A stretch of DNA of 64,000 nucleotides from an uncultured Holophagales bacterium (GTDB taxonomy: Bacteria; Acidobacteriota; Thermoanaerobaculia; Multivoradales; UBA5704). The position numbers and the translations under genes were made by a program. Positions within the stretch are counted from its first letter, which is position 1. Every line of letters begins with the position of its first letter. Positions 61,530-64,000 of the stretch are shown here, piece after piece. The stretch spans positions 608,366-672,365 of the forward strand of contig CAWJQA010000006.1 in NCBI GenBank assembly GCA_963844885.1, read 5' to 3'. The notes under the pieces are model-generated. The model was not told where the DNA came from. It did no database searches and saw only the letters and a program-made list of their open reading frames with translations.

Positions 61530-62570
61530 ATGGCCTACATCCGCCGCTACCCGTTCGTCTGCCATCTCCGCGCCGAGCCCAACCAGTACATCCTCCACTT
61601 CCGGAAGGGCAAGCTCGTGCGCAGCGGCGCCGGGCTCGCCTACTGGTTCAGCCCGCTGTCCGCCGCGGTCGCCCAGGTTCCGGGCGAAGACATCGAGACC
61701 ACCTTCGTCTTCAAGGAGCTGTCGAAGGACTTCCAGGAGATCACCGTCCAGTGCTCGCTGCGGTATCGCTGCGCCGATCCGCAGAAGGCGGCGGCGCGGG
61801 TGAACTTCGCCATCGCCCTGGACCGCGGCATCTGGCTCGAAGAGCCCCTGGAGAGGCTGGCCAGCCTGTGGAGCCAGCGCGCGCAGCAGCCGGCGCGCGC
61901 CTACATCCTGCGCGTGCCCATGGTGGAGGCCGTGCAGTCCGGCGTGCAGGTGATCCAAACCGCCATGGAGGAGGCGCTACGCGCCGATCCCGAGATCGCA
62001 GCCGGCGGCCTCGCCCTGGTCAGCCTCCTGGTCAACCGCGTGGCGCCGTCGGCGGATCTCGAAAAGGCGCTCCAGACCCCGACCCGCGAGGCCGTCCAGC
62101 AGAAGGCCGACGAGGCCACCTTCCTGCGCCGCGCCCTGGCGGTCGAGAAGGAGCGGGCGATCAAGGAGAACGAGCTGAACACCGAGATCGAGCTGGCGAA
62201 ACGGCAAGAGGAGCTGATCCGCCAGCAGGGCGCCAACCGCCTGGAGGAGATCCGCCGCGAAGCCGAAGCGGAAAAGACGAAGGTCGAGGCCGAGGTCGGG
62301 CGCCGGCTCGTCGCCGCCGAAGGTGCCGCCAAGGAGACCCAACTGCGCACCGAAGCCGACGCCGCGGCCCGGCGCCTGCTCGGGCAGGCCGACGCCGAGA
62401 GCGAGGCGCTGCGCGTGGCCGCCTGGAAGGATCTCCCCTCCCCCGTCGTCTTCGGCCTTGCTCTCCGCGAGCTCGGCGGCAAGATCCAGACGATCGAGCA
62501 TCTCAACCTGACTCCGGACCTGCTGGGTGACGTGGTCCAGAAGTGGCTGCGGCAAGCCTCCGACTCGTGA
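61530..62570 (+). CDS. SPFH/band-7 domain protein
   Basis: MAYIRRYPFVCHLRAEPNQYILHFRKGKLVRSGAGLAYWF... N-terminal SPFH-like region followed by a long E/A/R-rich coiled coil. Confidence 0.7.
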   Translation: MAYIRRYPFVCHLRAEPNQYILHFRKGKLVRSGAGLAYWFSPLSAAVAQVPGEDIETTFVFKELSKDFQEITVQCSLRYRCADPQKAAARVNFAIALDRGIWLEEPLERLASLWSQRAQQPARAYILRVPMVEAVQSGVQVIQTAMEEALRADPEIAAGGLALVSLLVNRVAPSADLEKALQTPTREAVQQKADEATFLRRALAVEKERAIKENELNTEIELAKRQEELIRQQGANRLEEIRREAEAEKTKVEAEVGRRLVAAEGAAKETQLRTEADAAARRLLGQADAESEALRVAAWKDLPSPVVFGLALRELGGKIQTIEHLNLTPDLLGDVVQKWLRQASDS

Positions 62571-62580
62571 AAATCGCCAA

Positions 62581-63519
62581 GTGAAAACCTTTTCCAACCT
62601 GCCGCGCGTCGTGCTGGTGACGCGCAAGACGCTGCTCGAGCTTCTCCTCGAACGCCACGGTACGCTCGGCCAGGCCCGTTTCTACCTCGAATCGCGAGGC
62701 CAGGAGATCGCGGGTCCGCAGGAGGCGCACGACCGCTTCGAGTCGGGCCTCGTGGAGGTTCTGCACGCCATCCCGCCGGACCAGCGGCGCGTGCGCATCG
62801 ACCGCGATCAGCTCGACCGCTTCCTTTTCGCGCCGGACGACCTCGTCGTCATCGTCGGCCAGGACGGCCTGGTGCCGAACGTCGCCAAGTATCTCTCGGG
62901 CCAGCTCACCATCGGCATCAATCCGGACCCGGAACGATACGACGGCGTCCTCTGCCGGCACTCGCCGCACACCATGCCCCGCCTCCTCCTCTGGACGCTC
63001 GACACCCGAGGCCCGGCGTACCGGATCGAGCCGCGCACCATGGCGGAAGCTCAACGGGAAGACGGCCAGCGATTGCTCGCGCTCAACGAGATCTTCGCCG
63101 GCCACCAGAGCCATCAATCGGCGCGCTACCGCATCCGCGTCGAGCCCGTGGATCCCACCCAGGAGGAGAGGCACTCCTCGTCCGGTATCGTCTGCTCGAC
63201 CGGCACCGGCGCCACCGGCTGGGCGCGGTCGATCTGTGAGCAGACTTACGACGTGGCCATCCTCCCCCGTCCGGACGAGCCGAAGCTCGCCTGGTTCGTG
63301 CGCGAGCCGTTCCCGTCGGTTTTCACGCAGACCGGAATGCAGAACGGCAGCCTGGGGCCGGGGAAAAAGCTCGTGCTCTTCTCGGAGATGGGAGAGGGAG
63401 GCGTCGTCTTCGCCGACGGCATCGAGTCGGACCGCCTGGAGTTCCTCTCCGGCCAGGTGGTGACGGTGAAGATCTCCTCCTCCACGTTCAATCTCGTGGT
63501 GGCGGCCGAGCCCGTCTGA
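62581..63519 (+). CDS. NAD kinase/diacylglycerol-kinase-fold family protein (GTG start)
   Basis: DDLVVIVGQDGLVPNVAKYLSG...GINPD resembles the NAD-kinase GGDG-type motif region. 312 aa. Confidence 0.5.
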   Translation: MKTFSNLPRVVLVTRKTLLELLLERHGTLGQARFYLESRGQEIAGPQEAHDRFESGLVEVLHAIPPDQRRVRIDRDQLDRFLFAPDDLVVIVGQDGLVPNVAKYLSGQLTIGINPDPERYDGVLCRHSPHTMPRLLLWTLDTRGPAYRIEPRTMAEAQREDGQRLLALNEIFAGHQSHQSARYRIRVEPVDPTQEERHSSSGIVCSTGTGATGWARSICEQTYDVAILPRPDEPKLAWFVREPFPSVFTQTGMQNGSLGPGKKLVLFSEMGEGGVVFADGIESDRLEFLSGQVVTVKISSSTFNLVVAAEPV

Positions 63520-63630
63520 GCTGAGTCGCCTTTCGTGTCCGAAGGCCCAACGGGCCCGCCATACCCTATAGGTCCCCCCGCCCACCCATTACCACCCCCG
63601 CCAGATCCCCGCAAGTCCTTGAAAATAAAG

Positions 63631-63706
63631 TGGTGGGCCGTTAGGGACTCGAACCCTAGACCCGCGGATTAAAAGTCCGCTGCTCTACCAACTGAGCTAA
63701 CGGCCC
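63631..63706 (-). tRNA. tRNA-Lys (anticodon TTT)
   Basis: The reverse complement GGGCCGTTAGCTCAGTTGGTAGAGCAGCGGACTTTTAATCCGCGGGTCTAGGGTTCGAGTCCCTAACGGCCCACCA folds as a cloverleaf with anticodon loop CTTTTAA and a 3' CCA. Confidence 0.85.
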
Positions 63707-63762
63707 ACGATCGCGGAAGTATAGCGGAAAAGCGGAAGCCCCCATCGTTTCAGACATCCCCG

Positions 63763-64000
63763 TCACCCCGCGTAGATCTGCAGCTCGCGCAACTCCTTGA
63801 GCCGGTCGCGCAGCGCCGCGGCCTCCTCGAACTCCAGGCGCTTGGCGGCGGCTCGCATGTCCTTCTCCACGCGTGAGATCTGCTCGGAGAGCGGGACGTC
63901 CACCCCTTCGATGGTGTCGGACAGGCGGGCCGGGCTGGCCGAGTAGAGGTCCAGGTTGCTCATCTGCACCAGCGGGTTGTGGATGTCCTTGAGGATCGTC
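63763..64000 (-). CDS. uvrB: excinuclease ABC subunit B, C-terminal end only (gene continues past the right edge)
   Basis: C-terminal UVR domain EKDMRAAAKRLEFEEAAALRDRLKELRELQ. Confidence 0.7.
   Translation of the reverse strand, partial: TILKDIHNPLVQMSNLDLYSASPARLSDTIEGVDVPLSEQISRVEKDMRAAAKRLEFEEAAALRDRLKELRELQIYAG

Noticed and set aside
63631-63706. tRNA-Lys as an integration site of a genomic island
   Set aside because: Nothing integrase-like or direct-repeat-like flanks the tRNA. The neighbours are rnc, SPFH, NAD-kinase-like and uvrB, which look like core genes.

Overview
The window is a high-GC bacterial chromosomal segment with conserved housekeeping and metabolic genes. These include a tyrosinase plus multicopper-oxidase pair, M20 peptidases, argH/argD, hemN, feoB-feoA, two subtilases, hemY-like PPOX, typA/bipA, asnS, rnc, tRNA-Lys and a partial uvrB. 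Between them sit several lower-GC accessory islands. Taxon unknown. The most notable island (about 28.7-33.0 kb, minus strand) encodes a ubiquitination-like cassette: an MBL-fold hydrolase, a UBC/E2-fold protein, a ThiF/MoeB-type E1 with a long N-terminal extension, a JAB/MPN (JAMM) peptidase and a multi-TM protein. No separate Ubl gene is visible, an arrangement reminiscent of CBASS Cap2/Cap3, Bil or Bub-type conjugation systems. It is flanked by a HepT/MntA toxin-antitoxin (TA) pair, ParE/RelE and VapBC remnants, and duplicated MFS-gene fragments. Other accessory loci: (i) a caspase-like (peptidase C14) gene with a small upstream partner; (ii) an Eco57I/TaqI-type N6-adenine DNA methyltransferase; (iii) a roughly 20-copy 21-bp tandem repeat array in a divergent promoter region; (iv) a roughly 6.5-copy 87-bp tandem array; (v) a 50-aa secreted peptide carrying 3 tandem FGxxFDPxG repeats next to tandem TPR/Fis-HTH regulator paralogs. 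Many genes show apparent frameshifts or truncations: amidase, asnS, an argE-like M20, a SAM-MTase, TA genes and others. Because the likely essential asnS is among them, indel errors in the sequence are at least as likely as true pseudogenization. Many long six-frame ORFs are GC-driven antisense artifacts and were not called.
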